Positions 18,429-28,448 are shown, counted from the first letter of the stretch. The stretch: 64,000 nucleotides of DNA from Patescibacteria group bacterium (GCA_041650775.1 JBAZKO010000001.1:65259-129258), one strand, 5' to 3'. Notes: generated from the letters alone by a model not told the origin. Made by a program: numbers and translations.

Positions 18429-19583
18429 TTAGCTACTTTTTTTAACAGACGCTTTTTTATCGATAACCTTCGCCGCTTCCGCTCGGAGAGCCGTTTCCAT
18501 TTCGCTCTGCAACCGGTCGCAACTTTCTCCTTCCAGAGAATCGCAGAACTCCAGTTCATAAATATGAAAAACCGTTACGGCCAGAGCCACTAACAGCGGA
18601 CCTAAAATCACGCCCCAAAAACCGAAGAGAACGACGCCGCCAAGAATAGAAAATAGGACGAACAAGGGATTTATTTCCGCCTCGTCTTTAACCATATAAG
18701 TACGAATGACATTATCGATTGTCCCGATAATCAACGCGCCCCATAAGAGAATAAATATTCCCTGCCAAATGTATCCGGTCAAAAGATAATAAAGTCCTAT
18801 CGGCACATAAAAGATCGCCGAACCGATATAAGGCAAAAGAGACAAGAGCGCGACCATCACTCCGGCCAGAAAAGCCGGAAAGCCAACAATCGCGAAACCG
18901 ATGGCGCCGACGACGCCTTGGGCGATAGCAACCACGAAAGTCGAAATGAAAGTCGTCCGGCTGACCGTCCGGAATTTCCGGAATAATTCCTTATCATATT
19001 TGTTCTGGAGCGGCGACAGCAACATCAGTTTATCCAGCATCTTTTTCCCGTCCACGAAGAAAAAGAACATCGCGATGACTATCAGGATCAGGGACACGAC
19101 AAAATTAGTCGTTTCCTTCAAGGCGAAAGTCGCGCCGGATAAAATCCAGTTGCTGGATTCCTTAAGCGCGCTTAAAAGCGTATTCTTGAGGGTTTCATTA
19201 TGAAAATCAATCCTGTCCAAATTCAGATAACGCAAAGCGCCACGCTGGAAAAAATCGGTCTTAAACAGATCGTTAATCGTATTGTCATTGAAGAATTCCA
19301 CCGTCGCATTATAGGCGACGATTGATTTGTCGCCAGCGTAGGTTATCAGCTTAATGGCCGGCAAGATGATGATAACCAAAAGCAAAAGGCACATTAAAAT
19401 GGCCGCTAAATTCCTCCGCCCTTTCAAAAATTCCGAAAAACGGACGAAAGGCGTATAGAAAACCGAGGCCATGATAGCGGCCACCATGATTTCCGTCAAG
19501 AAAGGCCTAAATACAAAATAACAGCTGGCAAGAACCAGAGCCACTAAGATTAAAAGGAACGGCTTGGTTAAATTCTTAGACAT
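18429..19583 (-). CDS. AI-2E family transporter (PerM/UPF0118 permease)
   Basis: About 8 TM and the characteristic length and layout. The acidic C-terminal tail contains Cys. Confidence 0.7.
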   Translation of the reverse strand: MSKNLTKPFLLILVALVLASCYFVFRPFLTEIMVAAIMASVFYTPFVRFSEFLKGRRNLAAILMCLLLLVIIILPAIKLITYAGDKSIVAYNATVEFFNDNTINDLFKTDFFQRGALRYLNLDRIDFHNETLKNTLLSALKESSNWILSGATFALKETTNFVVSLILIVIAMFFFFVDGKKMLDKLMLLSPLQNKYDKELFRKFRTVSRTTFISTFVVAIAQGVVGAIGFAIVGFPAFLAGVMVALLSLLPYIGSAIFYVPIGLYYLLTGYIWQGIFILLWGALIIGTIDNVIRTYMVKDEAEINPLFVLFSILGGVVLFGFWGVILGPLLVALAVTVFHIYELEFCDSLEGESCDRLQSEMETALRAEAAKVIDKKASVKKSS

Positions 19584-19611
19584 ATATTGAGCCGCCGGAA
19601 ACCGGACGGAA

Positions 19612-19767
19612 TTATTTAGTCTCTTTGTGAATAGTATGCGCTTTGCATTTATTGCAGTACTTCTTCAACTCCAAGCGTTCCTTTAAGATTTTCTTGTTTT
19701 TATGGGAATGGTAATTGGTCGTCTTACAAACCGTACATTCCATCTTGATCATGTTGTCCTGGGACAT
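19612..19767 (-). CDS. rpmG: 50S ribosomal protein L33
   Basis: [51 protein letters not shown]: L33 zinc-ribbon CxxC...CxxC and KETK C-terminus. I use the internal Met as start (ORF track begins 36 nt upstream). Confidence 0.7.
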   Translation of the reverse strand: MSQDNMIKMECTVCKTTNYHSHKNKKILKERLELKKYCNKCKAHTIHKETK

Positions 19768-19898
19768 AGATATGAATTTAATAATTGAAATGGCAATCTT
19801 CAATTTTTTTTAATTTTTAATTGATTGACCTATCCTAACAATATAGAAAATCCGGATAAAAGTCAACCGGCAATCGACGGTTTCGGGCTGAATTTCGC

Positions 19899-20792
19899 TT
19901 ATTTTTGGCAAGCGGGGCAATAATGCGTGCCGCGCCCGGCCACTTTTTTCTTTTTTATCGGCCGGCCGCAATTCGGGCATTTTTCCCCTTTCCGTCCGTA
20001 AACTTTCAAAAAACGGGAAAAATTTCCCTTTTGACCCCGGGAATCGACGTAATTATTAAAGGTGGTGCCGCGATATTTGATGGCGCGACGGATAATCCGG
20101 TTTATCGCCAGGCGAAGTTTTTTCGTTTCCGAACCGGTCAGCGAACCGGCCGGCCGTTCAGGATTAATTCGCGCCGCCCATAAAGATTCGTCGACGTAAA
20201 TATTGCCCAGTCCGGCAATTAATTTCTGGTTAAGCAACAGAGCTTTGATTTTCGTCTTCTTGTTCTTTAAAACCGTTTTTAAAAAAGGCAAAGAAAAAGC
20301 CACGGTCAAAGGTTCCGGACCGTAATTATTTTTTAACAGCCGCGATAATTCAGCCGCCGTCGCGAGTTTCAGATAGCCGAAACGACGCAGATCGTTGAAG
20401 AACAGGCGGCCGCCAGAAACAAAACTGATAATCGCCCGCGTATGTTTATTCGGCAATTCGCCGGTGATTTCCGAACCATGCCCGCCAGCGATCTTTGATT
20501 TTGAACCGATATAGATTAACTGGCCGGTCATTTTTAAATGGATCAATAAATAGTCGGCTGAGGGCTTACCGCGTCCGGCCGATTTAGTGTCTAGCGGCGA
20601 CAGATTAAAAATCAAAAGTTTGCCGCGGCGGCCGACTCCGACAATTTTCCGGCCGTTTAAATTACGCGTAAAAAAAACCGCGGCGGGAGAAGCGGTTTTA
20701 GCGGAAAGAATATCGACCGACGTGATTTTCCGGTGTAATAAGCCGGCAACCAAATCGCGACGGATAGTTTCTACTTCCGGTAATTCGGGCAT
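19899..20792 (-). CDS. mutM: formamidopyrimidine-DNA glycosylase (Fpg/MutM)
   Basis: MPELPEVE N-terminus (catalytic Pro2/Glu3), H2TH domain, C-terminal zinc finger CPNCG...CPACQ. Confidence 0.85.
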   Translation of the reverse strand: MPELPEVETIRRDLVAGLLHRKITSVDILSAKTASPAAVFFTRNLNGRKIVGVGRRGKLLIFNLSPLDTKSAGRGKPSADYLLIHLKMTGQLIYIGSKSKIAGGHGSEITGELPNKHTRAIISFVSGGRLFFNDLRRFGYLKLATAAELSRLLKNNYGPEPLTVAFSLPFLKTVLKNKKTKIKALLLNQKLIAGLGNIYVDESLWAARINPERPAGSLTGSETKKLRLAINRIIRRAIKYRGTTFNNYVDSRGQKGNFSRFLKVYGRKGEKCPNCGRPIKKKKVAGRGTHYCPACQK

Positions 20793-20945
20793 ATCTATTT
20801 AAGAGAGACTAAGATCGTGATTATTATCGCCAAAGCGACAAATTCAACGATAAAAATTTTGAGCAATCCTAAACCTATTTTGTCGGGATTAAGCAAAGGC
20901 ATAAATTTACGGGATCGTTCTCTCTAAGAACCGTCTCCCTATAAG

Positions 20946-21029
20946 TGGGCCGAGAAGGATTCGAACCTTCGAAGGCGCAAGGCCAGCAGATTTACAGTCT
21001 GCCCCAGTTGACCGCTTTGGTATCGACCC
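20946..21029 (-). tRNA. tRNA-Tyr (GTA)
   Basis: Reverse complement GGGTCGA...GCAGA-CTGTAAA-TCTGC; long variable arm; T-arm GAAGGTTCGAATCCTTC; acceptor pairs. CCA not encoded. Confidence 0.85.
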
Positions 21030-21064
21030 TTTAAAAGAAGCCTGTTATAAAACAAGCCCCTCTA

Positions 21065-21092
21065 TAATAAAAAAAATATGGAAGGTTGTCAA
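21065..21092 (-). promoter_or_regulatory. putative promoter for tRNA-Tyr (TTGACA-16-TATTAT on the minus strand)
   Basis: rc of 21087-21092 is TTGACA; rc of 21065-21070 is TATTAT; about 35 nt upstream of the tRNA 5' end. Confidence 0.35.
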
Positions 21093-21136
21093 ACGTCCGG
21101 TTGGCTTATTAAGGCAAACTCGCGCCGGACCCGATC

Positions 21137-21517
21137 TTATTGCGATACGGTACTTAGGACGAATCGGGTCAAAGCGTAGGAAGTGAAGATAACCGCCAAA
21201 CCAATCGCCGACCAGACGATAATATCCCGGCCCTTCTTTACCTTTTCCTGATTGCCGGAAGAAGTCATCCAGGTTAAACCGCCGAAAACAAACATTAAAA
21301 GCGCCAAAGAGCCAACTACGCCGAGAGCGGTATTGATTATCCGACCGATAAGGGCTTGCGGAGAATCAACGCTAAGGGGGTTGGTGAGGGTAAGGGTAGA
21401 ATCAATAGCCCCGCTACTTCCGCCGGTCGTATCAATAGCTCCGCTTTGTGCCGAAACCGAGGCCGCCCCTATGAATAAAATCGAAATTAGGGATATTACC
21501 GTTAAGAAATTTTTCAT
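21137..21517 (-). CDS. small secreted two-TM protein, VirB2/TrbC-like (T4SS-pilin-like) fold candidate
   Basis: Signal peptide (ASVSAQ), then two hydrophobic helices separated by a short basic loop (GNQEKVKKGRD). No T4SS genes nearby. Confidence 0.35.
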   Translation of the reverse strand: MKNFLTVISLISILFIGAASVSAQSGAIDTTGGSSGAIDSTLTLTNPLSVDSPQALIGRIINTALGVVGSLALLMFVFGGLTWMTSSGNQEKVKKGRDIIVWSAIGLAVIFTSYALTRFVLSTVSQ

Positions 21518-21628
21518 TTTTTTAAAAATTAATTGCTTCTAACCAGTATCATTATAACATTTCGCCCGAAAATAAAAAAGAGGGGGTCAATCGTTAGATT
21601 GCCTCCTCTATAATTTTGACTTGTCGTC

Positions 21629-22303
21629 TTAATTAGTTACCGCCACGGTTATCAGGTCATCGATATTAGCTCTGATCTTAAAATAAACATGGCTTTTTTC
21701 AGGAATTACGACATTCTGTCCTCCATCATATTCCGTACCGTCGGAAAAAATAATTTTATAATTATACGTCGGCGAAGAAATATGATAGTTAAAATGTCCG
21801 TTATCAGGAACGGAAAGCCAAGCGGTTTCCTGCCCCGGTTTTAATTGGTAAGCGTATTTCCCTGGTAGCAGAATCCTGCAAGGGGCATTAGCCAAACTCA
21901 CGCTATTTTGTCCGGAAGAATTATCTTGTTTCCCAGGCACAAAATAATGCCGTGAAATGTTATAAACAAAAAACAAAGATAAGAAAATCAGGACGGCTGC
22001 ACCGATTTTAGATTCCGTTTTCTGAATAGAACTGGCTCCTCCTAAGATTAGGAGGGAAATTACGAGACCAATTAAATTTCTGACGAAACAATTCATACTA
22101 CTCGGCAACAGTTTAAAGCTGGCTACGTAAACGACTAAAGCCAGAGAGAAAGCTAACATGACCTGTAAAACGACTCTTACCATCGGGGGAATTTTTTCCC
22201 AAGAATAACTTCCCGACTTTGTCGCGGTGTCTGACGCTTCCATCGTCTGCGCTGTTTCCTGCTTACTCCTCTTAGGAATAAACTGGGATTGTTCTGGTTT
22301 CAT
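21629..22303 (-). CDS. hypothetical membrane protein, possible NfeD-like partner of the SPFH protein
   Basis: 3 TM followed by a beta-rich C-terminal soluble domain. Immediately downstream of the SPFH gene. Confidence 0.35.
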   Translation of the reverse strand: MKPEQSQFIPKRSKQETAQTMEASDTATKSGSYSWEKIPPMVRVVLQVMLAFSLALVVYVASFKLLPSSMNCFVRNLIGLVISLLILGGASSIQKTESKIGAAVLIFLSLFFVYNISRHYFVPGKQDNSSGQNSVSLANAPCRILLPGKYAYQLKPGQETAWLSVPDNGHFNYHISSPTYNYKIIFSDGTEYDGGQNVVIPEKSHVYFKIRANIDDLITVAVTN

Positions 22304-22318
22304 TTTTTCTTTTCCCGT

Positions 22319-23449
22319 TTAATGCTTATAAGTTGAGTTGATTCCGGCTCCTAATTTGGCGCCTTGGGCGGCGGAATTATTGCCGCCTTCCAAAATAATC
22401 ACCTTATCGGTACTTCCCGATTTTTCAACCGCTTCCCACTGCCGGTGTTTGATTAAAAAATTAGAGACTTGATTCCGATTGATTCCGCTATCAATGATTT
22501 TTTTAATTCTGAGAGCGGATCCTTCGCCATTTAAAACTAAAGCCTCTTTTTCGCCTTCGGCTAAAAGAATTCGCGCTTTTTTTTCGCCTTCGGCTGAAAT
22601 AATTCGCGCCGCTTTACCAGCTTCCGCTTCAATAATCATGGTTTTCTTTTTAATCTCCGCCGTTTCTCTATCTTTTTCGGCCGTTAAAACTGTTTCTCTT
22701 ATACTGGAAAGCTCTTTAGTTAATTCTATGTCGGAAATTACCATACTGACCGGCTTAATACCCCAGCTCATCAGCGTCATGTAAAATTCGCTATTTACCC
22801 ATTCCTTTTTAATCTCTTCTGCAGGTTTGGGACCAGGCTGATCGGCGGACAAACTGGAAGGACGAAAATCAATAAACGTGGCGATGGCTTCCAAATAAAA
22901 ATTATTCTTCATTTCAATCACCTCCTCCAACTTATAAATGCCGAGGAACGACCGTAAAAGACTGTCCGCTTTCTCCTCAACCGCCCTGAATAAATCATTC
23001 GTGGCGTAAGTTGATTTTTCAGAATCAACTATTTGAAAGTAAAAGAACGCGGCAATGGAGGTCGAACAATCCTTGAATTCGACATCACCGCCGCCGAACC
23101 CAGTCTTTACTCCTTCATCAAGATAGAGTTCCATTAATTGCTGTCCTTTAAATGCGGAGTTACGAATTTTAACGAAACCGAACCAAGGGAAAAGCAGATA
23201 TAGTTTCGGTTTAAGCGGCTCCCCAACATACTGACCAAAAATCTCAACAATATAATCCCACTGCTGAGGAACAATCGTCCAAGCTTTTATCAAAGCGGGA
23301 ATCGCGAAGAGCAAACCAATAACCAAACTAATAATAACGGTCCAAACAGGACCTAGCTTCAGAGGAATAGATATGGCCAGAGAAATTATTGATGAAATTA
23401 TCAATAAAATCGCGAAAAACCAAATCCAAATTTTAGTGTTTTTTTTCAT
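22319..23449 (-). CDS. SPFH/Band-7 (stomatin/HflK-like) domain membrane protein
   Basis: N-terminal TM hairpin, SPFH core, C-terminal coiled coil with repeated AEGEKKARILLAEGEKEA (matching DNA repeat at about 22540-22640). Confidence 0.75.
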   Translation of the reverse strand: MKKNTKIWIWFFAILLIISSIISLAISIPLKLGPVWTVIISLVIGLLFAIPALIKAWTIVPQQWDYIVEIFGQYVGEPLKPKLYLLFPWFGFVKIRNSAFKGQQLMELYLDEGVKTGFGGGDVEFKDCSTSIAAFFYFQIVDSEKSTYATNDLFRAVEEKADSLLRSFLGIYKLEEVIEMKNNFYLEAIATFIDFRPSSLSADQPGPKPAEEIKKEWVNSEFYMTLMSWGIKPVSMVISDIELTKELSSIRETVLTAEKDRETAEIKKKTMIIEAEAGKAARIISAEGEKKARILLAEGEKEALVLNGEGSALRIKKIIDSGINRNQVSNFLIKHRQWEAVEKSGSTDKVIILEGGNNSAAQGAKLGAGINSTYKH

Positions 23450-23543
23450 GACTTGAGTCTCCTATTTTTAGTTGTTTTATTTTCTTTATTGTTGTAAAAG
23501 AGCGACTTTTGCCTAAGCATCCAAAGCTCATTACGTTAAAAAC

Positions 23544-23572
23544 ATTATATCACTTTTTTATATATTTGTCAA
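23544..23572 (-). promoter_or_regulatory. consensus sigma70 promoter (TTGACA-17-TATAAT) on the minus strand upstream of the SPFH gene
   Basis: rc of 23567-23572 is TTGACA, 17-nt spacer, rc of 23544-23549 is TATAAT; about 90 nt upstream of the SPFH start. Confidence 0.5.
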
Positions 23573-23629
23573 CATTATCAAGATTCTTTATTTTTAACCC
23601 ATTTTTCATACTAATCAAGCTTTTTTTAA

Positions 23630-23658
23630 AACAAAAAATTACCTAATATTAGGTAATT
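23630..23658 (-). terminator. putative terminator downstream of tRNA-Thr(GGT)
   Basis: Perfect 22-bp palindrome aattacctaatattaggtaatt, followed on the minus strand by a T-run. Confidence 0.4.
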
Positions 23659-23714
23659 TATGTCTTATAAAATTCTGGTCTTTTTAAAACGCCATTACAA
23701 ACGTTTTTCCTCTG

Positions 23715-23787
23715 AGCCGTTGACCGGGATTGAACCGGTGACCTTCTCCTTACCATGGAGATGCTCTACCAGCTGAGCTACAACGGC
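23715..23787 (-). tRNA. tRNA-Thr (GGT)
   Basis: rc GCCGTTG-TA-GCTCAGCTGGTAGAGC-A-TCTCC-ATGGTAA-GGAGA-AGGTC-ACCGGTTCAATCCCGGT-CAACGGC-T, 73 nt. Confidence 0.85.
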
Positions 23788-23791
23788 CTAT

Positions 23792-24601
23792 CTAATCTTC
23801 TAATCCTTCGATCTTCTCTCGCCATTCGATCAACTTATTATTTTCCGGATTAACCGCCGCCAATTTCTCCCAACATTCCTGCGCCAGCGATTTATCTTTT
23901 CTTATTATACTTAAATCTAAAATTAAATCAAGATAACGGGGATTGTTCGGTTCCAGATCCAACGCCGACCGAGCGTTTTCCAGGGATGCGTCCAAATTTT
24001 CCGCCTCTTTTTCCACTCCGGCCAAAGAGAAATAAATCTCCTGCCGGGTCAGATCGCCCGATATTTTATCGCCGTTATTCGTCCGCGCCAATTTCAAAAC
24101 ATGCTCATAGCTCTGGCGTGCTTCCGACCACTTTTTTTGCCGTTCGTATAAGTCGCCGAGCCGAAAAAAAACTTCCGGATTCTTTTGATCCAGACTGACA
24201 ATTTCCAATAATTTCTCTTCCGCTTCGTCAAACAAATCTTTTTTTAACAAATCATCGGCTTCGAAAAATAATCCTTTAATGCGTTTCTGTTTTTCCAGCC
24301 AGGGAATTTTCAGACTCGTTTTATAGCCGGTTTTTATTTTTTTAAGCTGATCTTGCCGGGACTTTAAAAAACCGGACAGCTGGCGCTTTAAAAATAAGGC
24401 TAAGCGGCCGAACCAGCCGCTCCAGCGTGCCATATCGCGCTCCACCCGCTGTTTGATAATCTGCTCTTTAAATTTTGCCTCTTTTTCCCCCGGAATATTG
24501 GTTACATCCAAAATCGCCAAAGCCGGAAACTTTTTGATGATTATCGACAGAGCGACAATTAGGGCAAAAACAATTAAGCAGACGGAAATTATAACTGGCA
24601 T
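23792..24601 (-). CDS. TPR-repeat protein with N-terminal membrane anchor
   Basis: N-terminal TM; tetratricopeptide-like repeats (FFRLGDLYERQKKWSEARQSYEHVLKLA ...). Confidence 0.6.
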   Translation of the reverse strand: MPVIISVCLIVFALIVALSIIIKKFPALAILDVTNIPGEKEAKFKEQIIKQRVERDMARWSGWFGRLALFLKRQLSGFLKSRQDQLKKIKTGYKTSLKIPWLEKQKRIKGLFFEADDLLKKDLFDEAEEKLLEIVSLDQKNPEVFFRLGDLYERQKKWSEARQSYEHVLKLARTNNGDKISGDLTRQEIYFSLAGVEKEAENLDASLENARSALDLEPNNPRYLDLILDLSIIRKDKSLAQECWEKLAAVNPENNKLIEWREKIEGLED

Positions 24602-25329
24602 ATTTTGCTGAATTCTTCGGCTTGCAAGCTGGCACCGCCGACTAACAAACCGTCGTTGTCTTTTAATTGTAAAAACTGGCCGGCATTTATAGCGTTAACG
24701 CTGCCGCCGTATAGAATCCGAACTTCTTTCTTCAAAATTTTCGCGACCTGCTTCTTAATGAAAGCTAAAATTTCCGCCGCTTCTTCCGGAATAATCGGTT
24801 TGGCGTTCTTATTAGTACTGATCGCCCAAATCGGTTCATAAGCGACGACCAGATCGGCGGCGCTTTTTATCTTAACGCCTTTCAGGGCGCGCCGTAATTC
24901 CCCGCTTAGATATTCTTTCGTTTCGCCGTTATTTTTTTCCGTTAATTTTTCACCGACGCAGAGAACCGGAACCAATTTGGAATTCAAGGCCGCTTTGATT
25001 TTTAATCCTATAAGGGCGGAATTCTCATGCAGATGTTCCCGCCGTTCACTATGGCCCAAGATAACATATTTAACGCCGAGCGCCCGTAAATTAAGGGGAG
25101 AAACTTCACCGGTCAAAGCGCCATATTCGGCCGGAGCGCTATCCTGCGCGCCCCAAGACAATTTTGACGATTTCAAAATCGGACCGATAAAAGGCAAGGC
25201 GGAATAATCAGGACAAATAACGGCCTCAATACTTGAGCCGTTTATTTTTTTTACCATCTTCCGGGCGAGCTCCAGACTCTCCTTAAGGCTGAGTTGCATT
25301 TTCCAATTGGCGATAACCAGCTTTTTCAT
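24589..25329 (-). CDS. tpiA: triose-phosphate isomerase
   Basis: MKKLVIANWKMQ N-terminus (I choose this start); catalytic ILGHSERR and YEPIWAIST motifs. Confidence 0.88.
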   Translation of the reverse strand: MKKLVIANWKMQLSLKESLELARKMVKKINGSSIEAVICPDYSALPFIGPILKSSKLSWGAQDSAPAEYGALTGEVSPLNLRALGVKYVILGHSERREHLHENSALIGLKIKAALNSKLVPVLCVGEKLTEKNNGETKEYLSGELRRALKGVKIKSAADLVVAYEPIWAISTNKNAKPIIPEEAAEILAFIKKQVAKILKKEVRILYGGSVNAINAGQFLQLKDNDGLLVGGASLQAEEFSKICQL

Positions 25330-25333
25330 AATT

Positions 25334-26263
25334 TTATTTTTTAATTTTAGTCTTCGCCCAATCAATCGTTCTTTTAATTCCTTCTTCCAGATTGACGGTC
25401 GGCCGCCAGTTCAAAACTTCCTGGGCGCGCCGATAGCTCAGACAGCTCCGTTTCTGTTCGCCCGGTTTGGCCGGCGCTTCCTTAATCTTAATCGGCGATC
25501 CCAGCGCCTGCGCGATATATTTTCTAATTTCCAATAAATCGGTTTCTATCCCCGAACCGAGGTTTATTTCACTGCGGCAAGCGATATCTTTCGCCAGGCA
25601 TAAGCCGCGGACGATGTCATCGATATAGACGAAATCACGCGTCTGCCGGCCGTCGCCGTATTGGGTGCTTTCCTGATTACTGACGGCATTATCGACAAAA
25701 ATAGAAACTACTCCGGCCTCGCCGCCTCTAAATTGACGCGGTCCGTAGACATTGGCGAAACGTAAAATCGTGTAATCCAAACCGTAAACCTGATAATAGC
25801 AATTCAAATATTTTTCAAAAGTCAGTTTATGGATGCCATAGAAAGAAACCGGATAGGCCGGATAGTTTTCCGGGGTGGGAATTTCTTCGGCGTCGCCGTA
25901 AATCGCGCCGCCAGTGGAAGAAAAAATAATTTTTTTGACTCCGTTCAGGCGGCAATTATCCAGGATATTGAATCCCCCCTGAACATTAATTTTATTATCA
26001 AAAATCGGATCGATCATTGATTTGCCGACTTCCATCTGCGCCGCCAGGTGATAAACGAAGTCAAATTTTTCCGCTTGAAAAATCGCGGCGACTTGCGGCG
26101 AGCAGATATCAACTTGATAAAACTTAGCGGCCGGATTCAAATATTCTTTTTTACCCGAAGACAAGTCGTCGAGCACAACCACCTCTTCCCCCACGGCAAT
26201 AAGTTTGTCGGCCAGGGTCGATCCAATGAAACCGGCACCGCCGGTAATGAGAATTTTGGGCAT
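25334..26263 (-). CDS. NAD-dependent epimerase/dehydratase (UDP-sugar 4-epimerase-like, extended SDR)
   Basis: Rossmann ITGGAGFIGS; YxxxK catalytic context (YGIHKLTFEKY). Confidence 0.8.
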   Translation of the reverse strand: MPKILITGGAGFIGSTLADKLIAVGEEVVVLDDLSSGKKEYLNPAAKFYQVDICSPQVAAIFQAEKFDFVYHLAAQMEVGKSMIDPIFDNKINVQGGFNILDNCRLNGVKKIIFSSTGGAIYGDAEEIPTPENYPAYPVSFYGIHKLTFEKYLNCYYQVYGLDYTILRFANVYGPRQFRGGEAGVVSIFVDNAVSNQESTQYGDGRQTRDFVYIDDIVRGLCLAKDIACRSEINLGSGIETDLLEIRKYIAQALGSPIKIKEAPAKPGEQKRSCLSYRRAQEVLNWRPTVNLEEGIKRTIDWAKTKIKK

Positions 26264-26405
26264 ATATCTTTCATAATAACACGGTTTTTGCCCATTGCCA
26301 AACCCTTCTTTTTTTGTTAAAATAATGGTAGATAATTAATTAAAAATCCAGCTAAAAATACCCTTAAAAATCGGGAATTTTTTGTTTTAATGTTTAAATA
26401 AAGAT

Positions 26406-28448
26406 ATGGCGAAAGACTCTAAAAAAACCAGTGATTATGGTGCCGATCAGATTACTGTTCTGGAAGGTTTGGATCCGGTCCGAAAACGGCCGGGTATGTA
26501 TATCGGTTCGACTTCGGCGGCCGGATTACATCATTTGATTTGGGAAGTTGTCGATAATTCGATTGACGAAGCGATGGCCGGTTTTGCCACGAAAATTTCC
26601 GTTTCCCTGTTGCCCGATGGCCTGGTTTCGGTGATTGATAATGGCCGCGGTATCCCGGTGGAAAAACATAAAACCACCGGCGTTTCCGCTCTGGAAACGG
26701 TTTTAACCAAACTACATGCCGGCGGTAAATTCGGTGGCGGCGGCTATAAAGTTTCCGGTGGTTTGCATGGCGTCGGCGTTTCTGTAGTAAACGCTTTAAG
26801 CGAATATCTGAAAGCGGAGGTGCGTCGCGACGGCAAGGTTTGGGAGCAGGAATATAAGATCGGCAAACCGCTTAAAGCGGCGAAACCGGTCGGAACTTCG
26901 AAAGAAACAGGAACGACGATTACTTTTCGACCGGACAAGACTATTTTTACCGAATTGGAATTCAGCTGGGGAAAAATTCTCGACCGCTTACGACAACAGG
27001 CTTATCTGACCAAAGGAATCACTATCAATGTTTTCGATAAGCGCGCCGGCCACCGCGAAAAAAAATATAAATTCCATTTTGAGGGCGGCATCAAATCCTA
27101 TATCAAATCTTTGCACCGCAACAAAACCGTTAAGAACGACACTATTTTTTACATCGATAAGGATGTCAGCGACTGTAAAGTAGAGTTGGCTTTACAATAC
27201 AACGACGAATATAACGAAACGCTTTTAGCTTTCGCCAATAATATCCATAATCCGGAAGGCGGAACCCATGTCGTCGGATTCCGGACGGCTTTAACCAGAA
27301 CTCTGAATAATTACGCCCGCGCCAAAAATATTATTAAGGAAAAGATGGAAAATTTGACCGGCGACGATGTGCGCGAAGGTCTGACCGTAATCATCAGCGT
27401 TAAACTCCCTGACCCGCAGTTCGAAGGCCAAACTAAAGGCAAACTCGGCAATGCCGAAATGAAGGGTTATGTGGAAACTATTTTCGGCGAAACTTTTAAT
27501 ACCTTCCTGGAAGAACATCCGAAAGAAGCGGAAGCGATTGTCAGTAAATGTTTATTGTCAGCGCAAGCGCGTCTGGCGGCGCGAAGTGCCCGGGCGACAA
27601 TCTTGCGCAAAGGTGCTCTGGAAGGTATGACTTTACCAGGAAAACTGGCCGATTGTTCCAGCCGCCATCCGGAAGAATGCGAATTATATGTCGTCGAGGG
27701 CGATTCCGCCGGCGGTTCAGCCAAACAGGGACGTAACCGTCGTTTTCAGGCGATTCTTCCTCTCCGCGGTAAAATTCTTAACGTGGAACGGGCGCGCTTG
27801 GATAAAATGCTCGCTAACACCGAAATAAAAAACCTGGTCATCGCCCTCGGGGCGAATATCGACGAGCAAATCGATTTGGAAAAATTACGTTATCATCGAA
27901 TTATTATCATGACCGATGCCGACGTCGACGGCGCTCATATCTGTACTCTGCTTCTCACGCTTTTCTTCCGTCATTTCCAACCGCTCATTGATAACGGCTA
28001 CGTTTATATCGCTCAGCCGCCTTTGTACCAATTAAAAAAAGGTTCGACTGTCCGCTACGCTTATACCGATGAGGAAAAAGAAAAAATTATCGTCGAACTC
28101 GGTGGCGGCGTGGAAGAGGTTGTAGAGACGGGAGAAGAAAACGACGAAGGCGAATCTTTGGAAATAACCGAAGAAGATAATAAGAAAAGCAAAAAAGACG
28201 CCGAAGCGGAAGATAAAAAGAAATCGTCCAAAATCACCATCCAGCGCTACAAAGGTTTAGGTGAAATGAATCCGGAACAATTATGGGAAACTACCATGGA
28301 TCCGGAACGCCGCATCGTCAAACAAGTAACGATTGAGGATGTAGCAAAAGCCGACCAGATATTCGATATGCTAATGGGCGATAATGTCGCGCCGCGAAAA
28401 AATTTCATCCAAACACACGCTAAAAAAGTTAAAAATTTAGATATCTAA
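26406..28448 (+). CDS. gyrB: DNA gyrase subunit B (type IIA topoisomerase ATPase/TOPRIM subunit)
   Basis: GHKL ATPase motifs (HHLIWEVVDNSIDE, DNGRGIP, GLHGVG); TOPRIM EGDSAGG; acidic insertion in the C-terminal domain. gyrA is not adjacent in this window. Confidence 0.85.
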   Translation: MAKDSKKTSDYGADQITVLEGLDPVRKRPGMYIGSTSAAGLHHLIWEVVDNSIDEAMAGFATKISVSLLPDGLVSVIDNGRGIPVEKHKTTGVSALETVLTKLHAGGKFGGGGYKVSGGLHGVGVSVVNALSEYLKAEVRRDGKVWEQEYKIGKPLKAAKPVGTSKETGTTITFRPDKTIFTELEFSWGKILDRLRQQAYLTKGITINVFDKRAGHREKKYKFHFEGGIKSYIKSLHRNKTVKNDTIFYIDKDVSDCKVELALQYNDEYNETLLAFANNIHNPEGGTHVVGFRTALTRTLNNYARAKNIIKEKMENLTGDDVREGLTVIISVKLPDPQFEGQTKGKLGNAEMKGYVETIFGETFNTFLEEHPKEAEAIVSKCLLSAQARLAARSARATILRKGALEGMTLPGKLADCSSRHPEECELYVVEGDSAGGSAKQGRNRRFQAILPLRGKILNVERARLDKMLANTEIKNLVIALGANIDEQIDLEKLRYHRIIIMTDADVDGAHICTLLLTLFFRHFQPLIDNGYVYIAQPPLYQLKKGSTVRYAYTDEEKEKIIVELGGGVEEVVETGEENDEGESLEITEEDNKKSKKDAEAEDKKKSSKITIQRYKGLGEMNPEQLWETTMDPERRIVKQVTIEDVAKADQIFDMLMGDNVAPRKNFIQTHAKKVKNLDI

